Source: Cycas panzhihuaensis (lineage: Eukaryota; Plantae; Cycadophyta). From it: a stretch of 64,000 nucleotides of DNA. The stretch is taken from NCBI GenBank assembly GCA_023213395.1, contig CM041465.1, positions 126,239,741-126,303,740 on the forward strand, written 5' to 3'. Shown here in pieces: positions 53,019 to 64,000 of this stretch. Below the pieces are notes generated by a model. It ran no database searches. It was given only the letters and a program-made list of their open reading frames with translations, and was not told the origin of the DNA. Every line of letters starts with the position of its first letter. Position 1 is the stretch's first letter. Made by a program: the position numbers and the translations under genes.

Positions 53019-55975
53019 ATGGGGTGTTGTTTGAAGAAAACCTCTTCTTTAAGGTCTCTATTGAGGAAAGTACCCTTCACATCCATTTGCTAAATATTTC
53101 GATTAAATTAGATTGCTAAGGACATAACCAAACGGAATGTGATCACATTGGCTACCGGTGCAAAGGTCTTGTGATAATCAATCCCCTCTTGTTATTTAAA
53201 ACCTCCCGCTATAAGGCGAGCTTTACGAGTGTCATACTTTCTAAGGCCTTTTAACATTTATGGGAGGAGGAACATCCATTAATAATTGTTATACCCATTA
53301 GGATTTAGTTGAATGCTAGTGGCTTCCACCTGAAGTTCATAAACTAAAATTGGATGTAAAGTTATACTTTCTTGAGTTGTTGATGTAGATGCTACTGGAA
53401 TCGATGAAGGAGCTGGAGTGTAGGAGGAGGCTAGTTTTGGTGGCTCGACAATTTGTCCAAGAGTCACTTAAGATACAAAACCTACTTCTACTGCTATAAT
53501 ATAAGGTTGAGGTGGAGGTAGGTCCTATAAATCTTCTATAAATATTATATCCCGTGTTACGTAAACTTGGTTACCAACTATGTCAAACACTTTATAGGCT
53601 TTACAACAAAGTACATAGCTAAGGAAGATGCATTTCAGGCTCTTGTCATCAAGCTTCTTTTTGTTTTCCTTTGAAATATATTTATATTCCATGCATCCAA
53701 AGATCTTCACGAGTACTACCGATGGTTTCTGACCTGACTAAACTTCTTCAAGAGTAATATTCCTAACTACAATTCTGGGACTTATGTTGGTTAGATAAGT
53801 AGTTATGGTTGTGGCATCAACCTAAGATCTGGTGGTAAGATTTGCAGGACTAAGCATTGCTTTTCCTTTATTTATCAATGTCTAATTCATTCTTTTGACT
53901 ACACGATTTTGTTGAGTTGTGGGGAGATGGGAACTGATGTTGGATGCCATGTCCCTTGCCCAAAATGTTGAACTGATTAGAAATATACTCACCACCATTA
54001 TCAGATCTAAGGAGCTTGATTATCATTCTACTTTTCTTTTCTATGGCAGCTTTGAACTCTTTGAATTTATTTAGGGTTTTATACTTATTTCTTAGGAAAT
54101 AGACCTACATTTTCCTTGAGATGTCATCTATGAATGTGATGAAATGCCAGTTTTTATTGAGTGGTTAGACAGGTATCAACCCGTAAATTTCTGGGTGGAC
54201 CATCTTTAACGGCGCTGGGGATCTCCATGCGTTCTTAGAAGGAAAATTTTCTCGTTAGTACTTTTCTATTAGGCAAGCCTGACATATGTTGTTGTACCTC
54301 TTAATTTTATGTAAACCGTGTACGCTTTGGAGCTTAAACGTGAGGTCCAAGCTTTGCATGTTTAAATGGCTTAGTCATTAAATCCATAGATATACTTTGG
54401 AGCTATTTAAGATGACAATTTCCTTTCAATATGAGAATTGACCTGGTTCTTATATACAAGGAGACTCTTCATTAATGACTTCATTTACCTTATCGCTTGA
54501 GCTGTGTTGGGAATTGAACAAGCTTTATTTTATAGAGTAGTTGTAAGGGGGATACCACCAAACCTATATAGGCCACCATCTTCATGTCTTTTGGCCACAT
54601 GTTTGCATGTTGCATGATCTGCGATTCTAGTAATGCCCTAGCTAAAGAGGACATCTAAATTCGGTTTATTTATTTCATTGATAGAGAGCAAGTTCATCTC
54701 CATTTCGGGTGCAAGGAATATATTATTGATGTGGTGCCTCGTATTGGAGCACTACCGATTTTGGTTATTATCGTAAGTCAAATTATCCCCAAATGTGAAA
54801 GTTTGAGTATGGATCATGCATGTCTCTTCTAACATTTTTTCTAATCCGATCATATATCTCGTTACAACTGTCTCAAGGAGCCATGCATCCTCATCAAGTT
54901 GTGAAGAAACAGCTGCAAAGAATAGGTTATGGAAGGAGGAATCCTAATTGTCTACCACATTACTTCCCTATTATTTATTATTATGCTGGTTCCTTTAATT
55001 TTTGATAGTGAATTACTGCTTATTTTGAGGTCTTTCTCCTTGAGCGTGTCTCGATTCCAATTGTGTTGGTAGAATTAGCCTTGTGGTTGGAATGATGACC
55101 CTTCATATTATTGAATAAGGCCTCTTTATTAGAAATATCAGCCTCCTTGTTACAAAATAAGACCTCGCTATTATGGAAACAAGGCTCTGTAGAAGGCACG
55201 ATCCTTCTTAGTAATATCCTTGTCTCTATTAAGAGTAACTAAGACCTCCTTGTTGATATGAGGGTGGTTCTTATTAGTAGATTAGGCCTAATCGTTGATA
55301 ATAAGAGGTAGCTTATTAGAAGCGAGGCCCATATGATTGGCTCAATTGATTTTACAAGAGCTGTAAATCAACTTGTCCTCACTTGCATTAACTAAGTGTC
55401 TTTTCTAATTATAGTAGAGGCAACTGACATTTGGTCTCACCTATTAATTCTTTTAAAGTTGTGCATATGGATGGTATTGAGATTGCTGATGCCAATGAGT
55501 TAAACGGGAGGATGAGGTGTTAATTGGTTATTACTTCTTAGGTTGGATGTTGATATGGCTCTTGGGATGTGGTCAGAGAATCCAATTGTTGAGTTAGATC
55601 TTGGTGTTGACTAAGCTGTTGAGTTGATCTATTGATAGTCTTACGCTTTTATGAGTTATGGGTCAGAAGGTAGGAGCGGGGTTTGATATACATGTCGCCC
55701 TAGGTCAGTTGAGTATATTCTCCTCTTATAACAAGAGTTCCTCATAGGTCGTGAAGTCTATTTTGGAATAATTACCATGTAATTTGAAAACAAAGGAGTT
55801 ATATTATATAGATAGGATGTCAGTGATGCTAGAGATTAAATCATGGTTTAAAAGTAGTTCATTAAGGATTATAAGTTAGTTCCTAGTTATTTTGACTTTA
55901 ATCAAGTGGCGTGCAACACTGCCAAAAAAGGTATACCTTTATTAAAACTTTATGAACTTAAAGAAGATAAGTTAT
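53019..55975 (-). mobile_element. Degenerate copia fragment (monomer copy)
   Basis: Counterpart of 31342-34319. Confidence 0.87.
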
Positions 55976-56521
55976 GAAAATAAGATTAATTTTAGATTCA
56001 CGTATTTATTATAGGGTGTACCCTATGCTTGGCACAAATAATTACACCCAACTAAGACATGGGAGAATATTATGAAGTAATTTAAGGAGATATTGTAAAA
56101 GTTTTTAAGTAATGAGGTAGTGGAGTTATCTCTCAAGGAAATGAGATAAAGGCTAATAGAATTACTATTAATACGTATATAAAAAATAAATATTAAAGTT
56201 GTAAGTATTATGAATGGAGAAAAAATCATGGATTATAATAAGAGAAACTATTTTATAAATGGGCTAAATTCTAAAGTAAGGGCCACAATGGTGACTCATT
56301 CCTTGAAATGCTTCTATTTCACACATGAGTTGGTATGCAACCATAAACCTTATTATTTAGACCACGAGACAAAATGTAATAATTAATAAGCCAAAATATA
56401 AATAAACCTTGCTATTAAGTAACAAAAACTAACCTCCTCCTACACTCTAGCTCCTTCATTGAATTTATTTAGGGTTTTATACTTTTTTCTCAGGAGATAG
56501 ACCTACATTTTCCTTGAGAAG

Positions 56522-59500
56522 AGATTTAATCATTAGATTAGAGAGGTGATCATTTCCTTGCACCCGAAATGGAGACGAACTTGCTCTCTATCAAGGAAAT
56601 AAACAAACATCATTTAGATATCCTCTTTGGCTAGGGCATTAGTAGAATCGCAGATCATGCAACATGCAAACCTCTGGCTACAAGACATGAAGATGGTGGC
56701 CTATATAGGTCAGGTGGTATCTCCATTACAACTACTCCATAAAATGAAGCTTGTTCAATGCCCAACATAGCTCAAATTGATAAGGTAAATGAAGTCGTTA
56801 ATGAAGAATCCCCTTGTATATAAGAATCGGGTGAATTCTCATATTGAAAGGAAAATGTCATCTCAGATAGCTCCAAAGTATACCTATGGAATTAATGCCT
56901 GAGTCATTTAAAACATGCAAATCTTGGACCTCATATTTAAGCTCCAAATGGTACATGGTTTACATAAAATTAAGAGGTACAACAACATATGTGGGGCTTG
57001 CCTAACAGAAAAGCACTAACGAGAAAATTTTCCTTCTAAGAACACATGGAGATCCCCAGCGCCGTTAGAGATGGTCCATCCAGAAATTTACAGGTTGGTA
57101 CCTGTCTAACCACTCAATACGAACTCGCATTTCATCACATTCATAGATGACTTCTCAAGGAAAATGTAGGTCTATTTCCTGAGAAATGAGTATAAAACCC
57201 TAAATAAATTCAAAGAGTTCAAAGCTGCCATAGAAAAGGAAAGTAGAATGATAATCAAGCCCCTTAGATCTGATAATGGTGGCTTTGAGTATATTTCTAA
57301 TCAGTCCAACATTTTGGGCAAGGAACATGGCATCCAACATCAATTCCCAGCTCCCCACACACCTCAACAAAATGGTGTAGTCAAAAGAATGAATTAGACA
57401 TTGATAAATAAAGGAAAAGCCGCGCTTAGTGTTGCAAATCTGACCACCAGATCTTGGGTTGATGCCACAACCATAACTACTTATCTAACCAACATAAGTC
57501 CTAGAATTGCAGTCAGGAATATTACTCTTGAAGAAGTTTGGTCGTCGAAAACCATCGATAGTACTGCAAGATCTTTGGATGCATGGAATATAAATATATT
57601 TCAAAGGAAAACAAAAAGAAGCTTGATGACAAGAGACTGAAATGCATCTTCTTTAGCTATGTACTTGGTTGTAAAGCCTATAAAGTGTTTGACATAGTTG
57701 GTAACCAAATTTATGCAACACGGGATATAATATTTATAGAAGATTCATAGGACCTACCTTCACCTCAACCTTATATTATAGCAGTAGAAGTAGTTTGTGT
57801 ATCTTAAGTGACTCTTGGACAAATTGTGGAGCCACCAAAACTAACCTCCTCCTACACTCCAGCTCCTTCATCGATTCCAGTAGCATCTACATCAACAACT
57901 CAAGAAAGTATAACTTTAGCTCCAATTTTAGTTGATGAACTTCAGGTGGAAGCCACTAGCATTCAACTACATCCTAATGGGTATAATAATTATTAATGGA
58001 TGTTCCTCCTCCCATAACCACTAAAAGGCCTTACAAAGTATGACACTCGCAAAGCTCGCCTTATGGCAAGAGGTTTTAAATAACAAGAGGGGATTGATTA
58101 TGACAAGACCTTTGCACCGGTAGCCAATGTGATCACATTCCATTTGGTTATGTCTTTAGCAATCTAATTTAATGGACATATTTAACAAATGGATGTGAAG
58201 GGTACTTTCCTCAATAGAGACCTTAAAGAAGGGGTTTTCTTCAAACAACACCCCATCTTCGAGGTTTGTTGAAGTTTGACCCAAGGGAACGTCTTTCAGC
58301 TAAGGAAGCTTTGAAGCACCATTTCTACAAACTAAAATGAACGTAGATGTAATCCCTGGGAATCATTCGCTCCTGATAGTGCGTCGTCTACATTGTGTTG
58401 TCAATATTAGTAACGTCCAAACACAATGAAAGAAAACAGCTTCTACGCTCTTTATTCGTCTAGTAAACATTTCGATTCTTGAATTTAACTCTTTTTTGTC
58501 ATTGGTTTTCTTATTTGATTCAAAATAATGAATTGCCATTTATTTACTTTAGAGTACATCAACATCACACCTAGAAATTAGTTCAACAATAATTATTTGA
58601 CTTTAATCTCCTAAACAACAAGAAGATATAAATTATCTTCTTGCATATACAAAATACATCAAGATACATAATATCTCAAAGTACTTATTCTTTTACGAAT
58701 AAGGTAGATCACTTTCTTTGAACCTAGATTTAACCATTAGATGAGAGAGGTGATCTTTTGGCCTTATGTGAGAAGATTCTTACGATTCATATTCTGAATG
58801 GCCTAATGGTGGGCATCTACGCTCACTATGCGTTTATATGTGTGGCCTCAACAACTGAGTGAACTCTATGCATCTTATTGAGAGCAGTGGCCTCTTCTTA
58901 TTTTACCTATTAGAGCTTGGTGCCAGTTGGAGTTAAATGCATGTACTATTAGCCTATCTCAAACTTATGTGAGATGAGTCACTGCAATTGATAATTTTCC
59001 AAGAACCTACCTAATGATCATATGGATCCTGTGGTCTTAACTCCCTTAGGCCTCTTACTCTAGTTAGTCCCTTCTCATATTTTAAGATTGAGTCTAGTGT
59101 TTTAGGTATATTTAAGAGTGTGGGTTAGGATAGGATATTGTGGTTTATAAAGGGTATGTGGAATAGGGGAAGGAGATAGTTTTGTGAATAGTTTAGGGAT
59201 ATATGGTGTAGTGGACGTGTTAGATTTTGTGACCTTCTTATTATGTGATGTTTGATCTCTCTATAGGTATTTTCTATGAGGATAGATCAATTTTATCTCT
59301 ATTATTTTAGTTAGTTTAGTACATTTCCTTTACTCTCTTCATGCATTATTATTTTTTCACATGCCTTCCTGCGTCATTAGTATATTGCATCATGGTTAAG
59401 TCGTTCCTTCTTCAATAACTTGTACCGTATTGGTTTGTTTTACATATATTAAAATAGTGTTTATTCATATTATGGTTATCCATATCACAAATATAACACC

Positions 59501-62092
59501 ATGTACTTTACTTTTTTACCATATTATTCCTCTCATTTAGGTCACATTTTTTACTAGAATATGAATTATTATCACAAATGTGACACCACTTCTTTAATTA
59601 CGGTTCGTTACCCCTATATTTTTTTCTTCTTCTTCTCCTTAGTAAGTTTAGGTTTCTTTCTTTATAACTTTAATATTGTGACTTCCTTTTTAAAGGCTTC
59701 TACTTTTGAGGTCTCCTTTATTTTTGTTACTTAATAGCAAGGTTTATTTATATTTTGGCTTCTTAATTATTACATTTTATCTTGTGATCTAAATAATAAG
59801 GTTTATGGCTGCCCTTTTAAATGCCCATCTCTTTCTCAAAGTGTAATACCAACTCATGTGTGAAATGGAATTTAGCCCATTTGTAAAATAGTTTCTCTTC
59901 TTATAATCCATGATTTTTTCTCCATTCATAATACTTACAACTTTAATATTTATTTTTCATATACGTATTAAAAGTAATTCTACTAGCCTTTATCTCATTT
60001 CCTTGAGAGATAACTCCACTACCTCATTACTTAAAAACTTTTACAATATCTCCTTAAATTACTTCATAATATTCTCCCATGTCTTAGTTGGGTATAATTA
60101 TTTGTGCCAAGCATAGGGTACACCCTATAATGAATAGGTGAATCTAAAATTAATCTTATTTTCATGACTTATCTTCTTTAAGTTCATAACGTTTTGATAA
60201 AGGTATACGTTGCACACCACTTGATTAAAGTCAAAATAACTGGGAACTAACTTATAATCCTTAATGAACCACTTTCAAACCATGATTTAATCTCTAGCAT
60301 CATTGACATCCTACCTATATAATATAACTCCTTTGTTTCCAAATTAAATGGTAATTATTCCAAAATAGACTTGACAACCTGTGAGGAACTCTTGTTATAA
60401 GAGGGGAATATACTCAACTGACTGACTTGGGGCGACATGTATATCTAAGCCCGCTCCTACCTTTACATTCCATAACTCATAAAAGCGTAAGACTATCAAT
60501 AGATCAACTCAACAGCTTAGTCAACACCAAGATCTAACTCAACACTTGGTTTCTCTGACCATATCCCAAGAGCCATATCAACAACCAACCTAAGAGAAGT
60601 AATAACCAATTAACACCTCTTCCTCCCGTCTAACTCATTGGCATCAACAGTCTCAATACCAGCCATATGCACAACTTTAAAAGAATTAATAGGTTAGACC
60701 AGATGTCAGTTGCCTCTACTATGATAAAAAAAGACACTTCTGTTAATGCAAGTGAGGACAAGTTGATTCACAACTCTTGTAAAATCAATTGAGCTAATCA
60801 TATAGGCCTCGCTTCTAATAAGCTACCTCTTATTATCAACGATTAGGCCTAATCTACTAATAAGGACCACCCTCATATCAACAAGGAGGTCCTAGTTACT
60901 CTTAATAGAGACAAGGATATTACTAAGGAGGATCGTGCCTTCTACAAAGAGCCACGTTTCCATAATAGCGAGGTCTTATTTTGTAACAAGGAGGTCCATA
61001 TTTCCAATAAAGAGGCCTTATTCAACAATAAGAAGGGTCATCATTCCAACCACAAGGCCAATTCTACCAACACAATTGGAATCTGAGACCTGCTCAAGGA
61101 GAAAGACCTCAAAATAAGCTACAATTCACTATCAAAAATTAAGGAAACCAGCATAATAATAAATAATAGGGAAGTAATGTGGTAGACAATTAGGATTCCT
61201 CCTTCCATCACCTATTCTTTGCAGCTCTTTCTTCACAACTTGATGAGGATGCATGGCTCCTTGAGTCAGGTGCAACGAGATATATGATCGGATTAGAAAA
61301 AATATTAGAAGAGACCCGCCCAGTCGATACTTAAACTATCACATTTGGGGATAATTTGACTTACGATAATACCAAAATTGGTAGGGCTCCAATAGCTTTG
61401 AAGGACTCCAATATGAGGCACCACATCAATAATATATTCCTTGCACCGGAAATGGAGATGAACTTGCCCTATATCAATGAAATAAACAAACAGAATTTAG
61501 ATGTCCTCTTTGTCTAGGGCATTAGTAGAATCGCAGATCATGCAACGTGCAAGCTTGTGGCCATAAGATATGAAGATGGTGGCCTATATAGGTTGGGTGG
61601 TATCCCCCTTACAACTACTCCATAAAATGAAGCTTGTTCAATTCCCAACACAGCTCAAATTGATAAGGTAAATGAAGTCATTAATGAAGAGTCCCCCTGT
61701 ATATAAGAACCAGGTGAATTCTCATAGTGAAAGGAAATTATCATCTCAAATAGCTCCAAAGTATACCTATGGAATTAATGCCTAAGTCATTTAAACATGC
61801 AAAGCTTGGACCTCATGTTTAAGCTCCAAATTGTACATGGTTTACATAAAATTAAGAGGTACAATAACATATGTGAGGCTTACCTAATAGAAAAGCACTA
61901 ACGAGAAAATTTTCCTTCTAAGAACGTATGGAGATCCTCAGCGCCGTTAGAGATGGTCCACCTAGAAATTCGCGGATCGGTACCTGTCTAACCACTCAAT
62001 AAAAGCTGGCATTTCATCACATTCATAGATGACTTCTCAAGGAAAATGTAGGTCTATCTCCTGAGAAAAAAGTATAAAACCCTAAATAAATT
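56522..62092 (+). repeat. Inverted copy of array sequence (reverse complement of ~15590-21161 type), running into the gap
   Basis: AGATTTAATCATTAGATTAGAGAGGTGATCATTTCCTTGCAC is the reverse complement of 21120-21161. Monomer ORFs now appear on the + strand (57808, 59910, 60935). Confidence 0.95.
58257..58755 (+). pseudogene. LAMMER kinase 3'-end fragment in inverted orientation
   Basis: 58257-58340 reads LRGLLKFDPRERLSAKEALKHHFYKLK*, followed by the 3' flank. Confidence 0.92.
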
Positions 62093-62592
62093 NNNNNNNN
62101 NNNNNNNNNNNNNNNNNNNNNNNNNNNNNNNNNNNNNNNNNNNNNNNNNNNNNNNNNNNNNNNNNNNNNNNNNNNNNNNNNNNNNNNNNNNNNNNNNNNN
62201 NNNNNNNNNNNNNNNNNNNNNNNNNNNNNNNNNNNNNNNNNNNNNNNNNNNNNNNNNNNNNNNNNNNNNNNNNNNNNNNNNNNNNNNNNNNNNNNNNNNN
62301 NNNNNNNNNNNNNNNNNNNNNNNNNNNNNNNNNNNNNNNNNNNNNNNNNNNNNNNNNNNNNNNNNNNNNNNNNNNNNNNNNNNNNNNNNNNNNNNNNNNN
62401 NNNNNNNNNNNNNNNNNNNNNNNNNNNNNNNNNNNNNNNNNNNNNNNNNNNNNNNNNNNNNNNNNNNNNNNNNNNNNNNNNNNNNNNNNNNNNNNNNNNN
62501 NNNNNNNNNNNNNNNNNNNNNNNNNNNNNNNNNNNNNNNNNNNNNNNNNNNNNNNNNNNNNNNNNNNNNNNNNNNNNNNNNNNNNNNNNNNN
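62093..62592. other. Assembly gap (500 N)
   Basis: Run of exactly 500 N, which suggests a fixed-size scaffolding placeholder. Confidence 0.99.
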
Positions 62593-64000
62593 TACTCCCT
62601 TTTGTTCCGGAGTTTGGGATGTTTTTGCAGCCGGTTTATGAGCATGAAGGAATTGACATTGTCACCTATAATCTCACACCATCCACAGAGCGCTATCATT
62701 AACAGCGTCCTTACTAGCTCGGCCACCATCGGGGCTGAGGTTGGCTTTTCAGATGCTAAACTCATTACTTCCATTGGACTTCCCCAAAGTTGGTCTCTAA
62801 TATGTGTCCCCGTTGCTAAAAGAATCGGGCGATTCATGCTATCATGTTGACTTCCACCATGACATTAATAATGACCCTGTATCCACTGAGGACAACTTCG
62901 CTCTCATTCATCAGTCAAATGTAATGATCATCTGACTATATTTGAAGTCATAATCGCTTAATGGATAGCTTCTTTAGCGGCTACTAACTTCAAAATCCAG
63001 TTTCCTCCTAAAATAGGCATATAAGGCGACCTTCACACTACACCATGGGGTACCTTTGTTTGTAAGGAAATGCCCTTTGGCCCTTAAAAATGTAGGTGCT
63101 ACTTACGGAGAGCCATGCATTTCATCTTCCACAACCTCATTAATAACACATTAGGGGTCTTCAAGCGGATGATATGATGGAGGCCTCTCTACGTCATCAG
63201 AGGCCCATCATTCCCCATAGAGCTTGCGGGACATCTTCTCCATGATGCCACAAGTATCAATGTCGAGTCATCTGCTCAAGTGTGTATTTGCTATTACTTG
63301 GGGTAAACTCCTTGGGTTTCTTGCAATGACGAACAAGGGAATCCAGTTGATCTGACATTAAGGTTAAGGGTAATCCCTTGACATATGTCGCCTCACGAGA
63401 ACCCAGCGATAGATTAAGTCATTTCTAGGTAGGCTCAATTTTCTCAGGCATATGGGCGGATTTCGCCATGCAGTGCTAAACCCTATGAAACTATTGAAGA
63501 AGGGAGCTCACTTTCATTTGGTCGACAAGACCCAAAAGAAACACTGAAGGACTCAAGAGAGCCTTATTGCTTAAGAAACTCTATCTTGGTGCCTCCTCCA
63601 CTTAGATGGGCCCTTTGTCACATACACCTCGGTGATTATGAGTCCTTGATGCGAAACTATGTTGGCTATTCGGGAGGATGACTTGGGAATGAGAGTTATT
63701 TATTTCATTAATCACACCCTCGTGGCTACTTAACTGTAACTATTCTCTCTGAGGAAGGAGTGTCTCTCCTTGGTCCGTATGTGACGAAAGTTGAACTTCT
63801 TGGCTTGGTAATACCACCAAGGTGATCGTCAATCCAGATCCCTTACGATGCTAACTCATCAGTTCAGGAATTAGCGAGGTAGGGATGGTATTGTGCGACC
63901 CATCCTACTTCTGAAATTCGACAGCTTTATACGTTAAGCCTGAAAAAATCAAAGAGGGAATGGTAGTGGCAGGAAGTAACTTTATGAGATGCCCCTATCT
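62593..64000 (+). mobile_element. Ty3/gypsy pol fragment (RT then RNase H-like), heavily frameshifted
   Basis: Motif pieces TTPWGTFVCKEMPFG, LKNVGATY, KCVFAITWGKLLGFL, IKSFLGRLNFLR, RVIYFINHTL and KECLSLV in shifting frames. Confidence 0.85.

Larger units (their letters stand above)
36300..56427. repeat. ~21.7-kb higher-order repeat, copy 2 (truncated at the inversion junction)
   Basis: Collinear with ~14600-34771. Confidence 0.9.
1..62092. repeat. Tandem array of ~4.9-kb chimeric monomers (decayed copia fragment + AT-rich spacer + LAMMER kinase 3' end), interrupted by a nested LTR element, two kinase-bearing long units and a terminal inversion
   Basis: Marker GATCACCTCTCTCATCTAATGG recurs at 3668, 14038, 18918, 30846, 35742, 40600, 52520 and inverted ending at 58755. 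Uninterrupted spacings are 4858-4896 bp. The same short ORFs (MIFSPFII..., MTLGQIVEP..., MINKG...) recur in the ORF track. Confidence 0.97.

Noticed and set aside
58180-58340. Possible copia RT-kinase C-terminus fusion protein at the monomer junction
   Set aside because: The RT frame (QMDVKGTFLNRDLKEGVFFKQHPIFEVC*) is out of frame with the kinase tail, and the upstream copia frame is full of stops.
62082-62837. 251-aa ORF in the ORF track
   Set aside because: It is an artefact of translating through the 500-N gap, and its real part is antisense to gypsy RT.
1-64000. CRISPR arrays, rRNA/tRNA genes or prokaryotic systems
   Set aside because: No repeat-spacer structure or structural RNA signature was seen; the content is eukaryotic retroelement and kinase sequence.

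Overview
AT-rich land-plant nuclear DNA; the species cannot be determined from the window. Positions 1-62092 are a tandem array of ~4.9-kb monomers. Each monomer joins a decayed Ty1/copia gag-PR-INT-partial-RT fragment, an AT-rich spacer, and the last 27 codons plus ~400 bp of 3' flank of a LAMMER (AFC/CLK-family) kinase gene. Two near-identical full-length, intronless LAMMER kinase genes sit inside the array (21537-22709 intact; 43209-44380 with a 1-bp frameshift), one in each copy of a ~21.7-kb higher-order duplication. The monomer looks like a 4.78-kb deletion derivative of a 9.7-kb 'kinase + copia' unit. A younger complete copia element (5615-13244; LTRs, PBS, PPT, 5-bp TSD) is nested in one monomer. 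From 56522 the array is inverted through a patchwork junction, which places a kinase 3' end in antisense orientation. A 500-N gap and an error-rich Ty3/gypsy pol fragment end the window. The best candidate for a new system is a kinase retrogene amplified inside a satellite made of a paralog's 3' end, with an inverted copy that could yield silencing RNAs; that function is inference only. Several small differences between copies look like sequencing or consensus errors.
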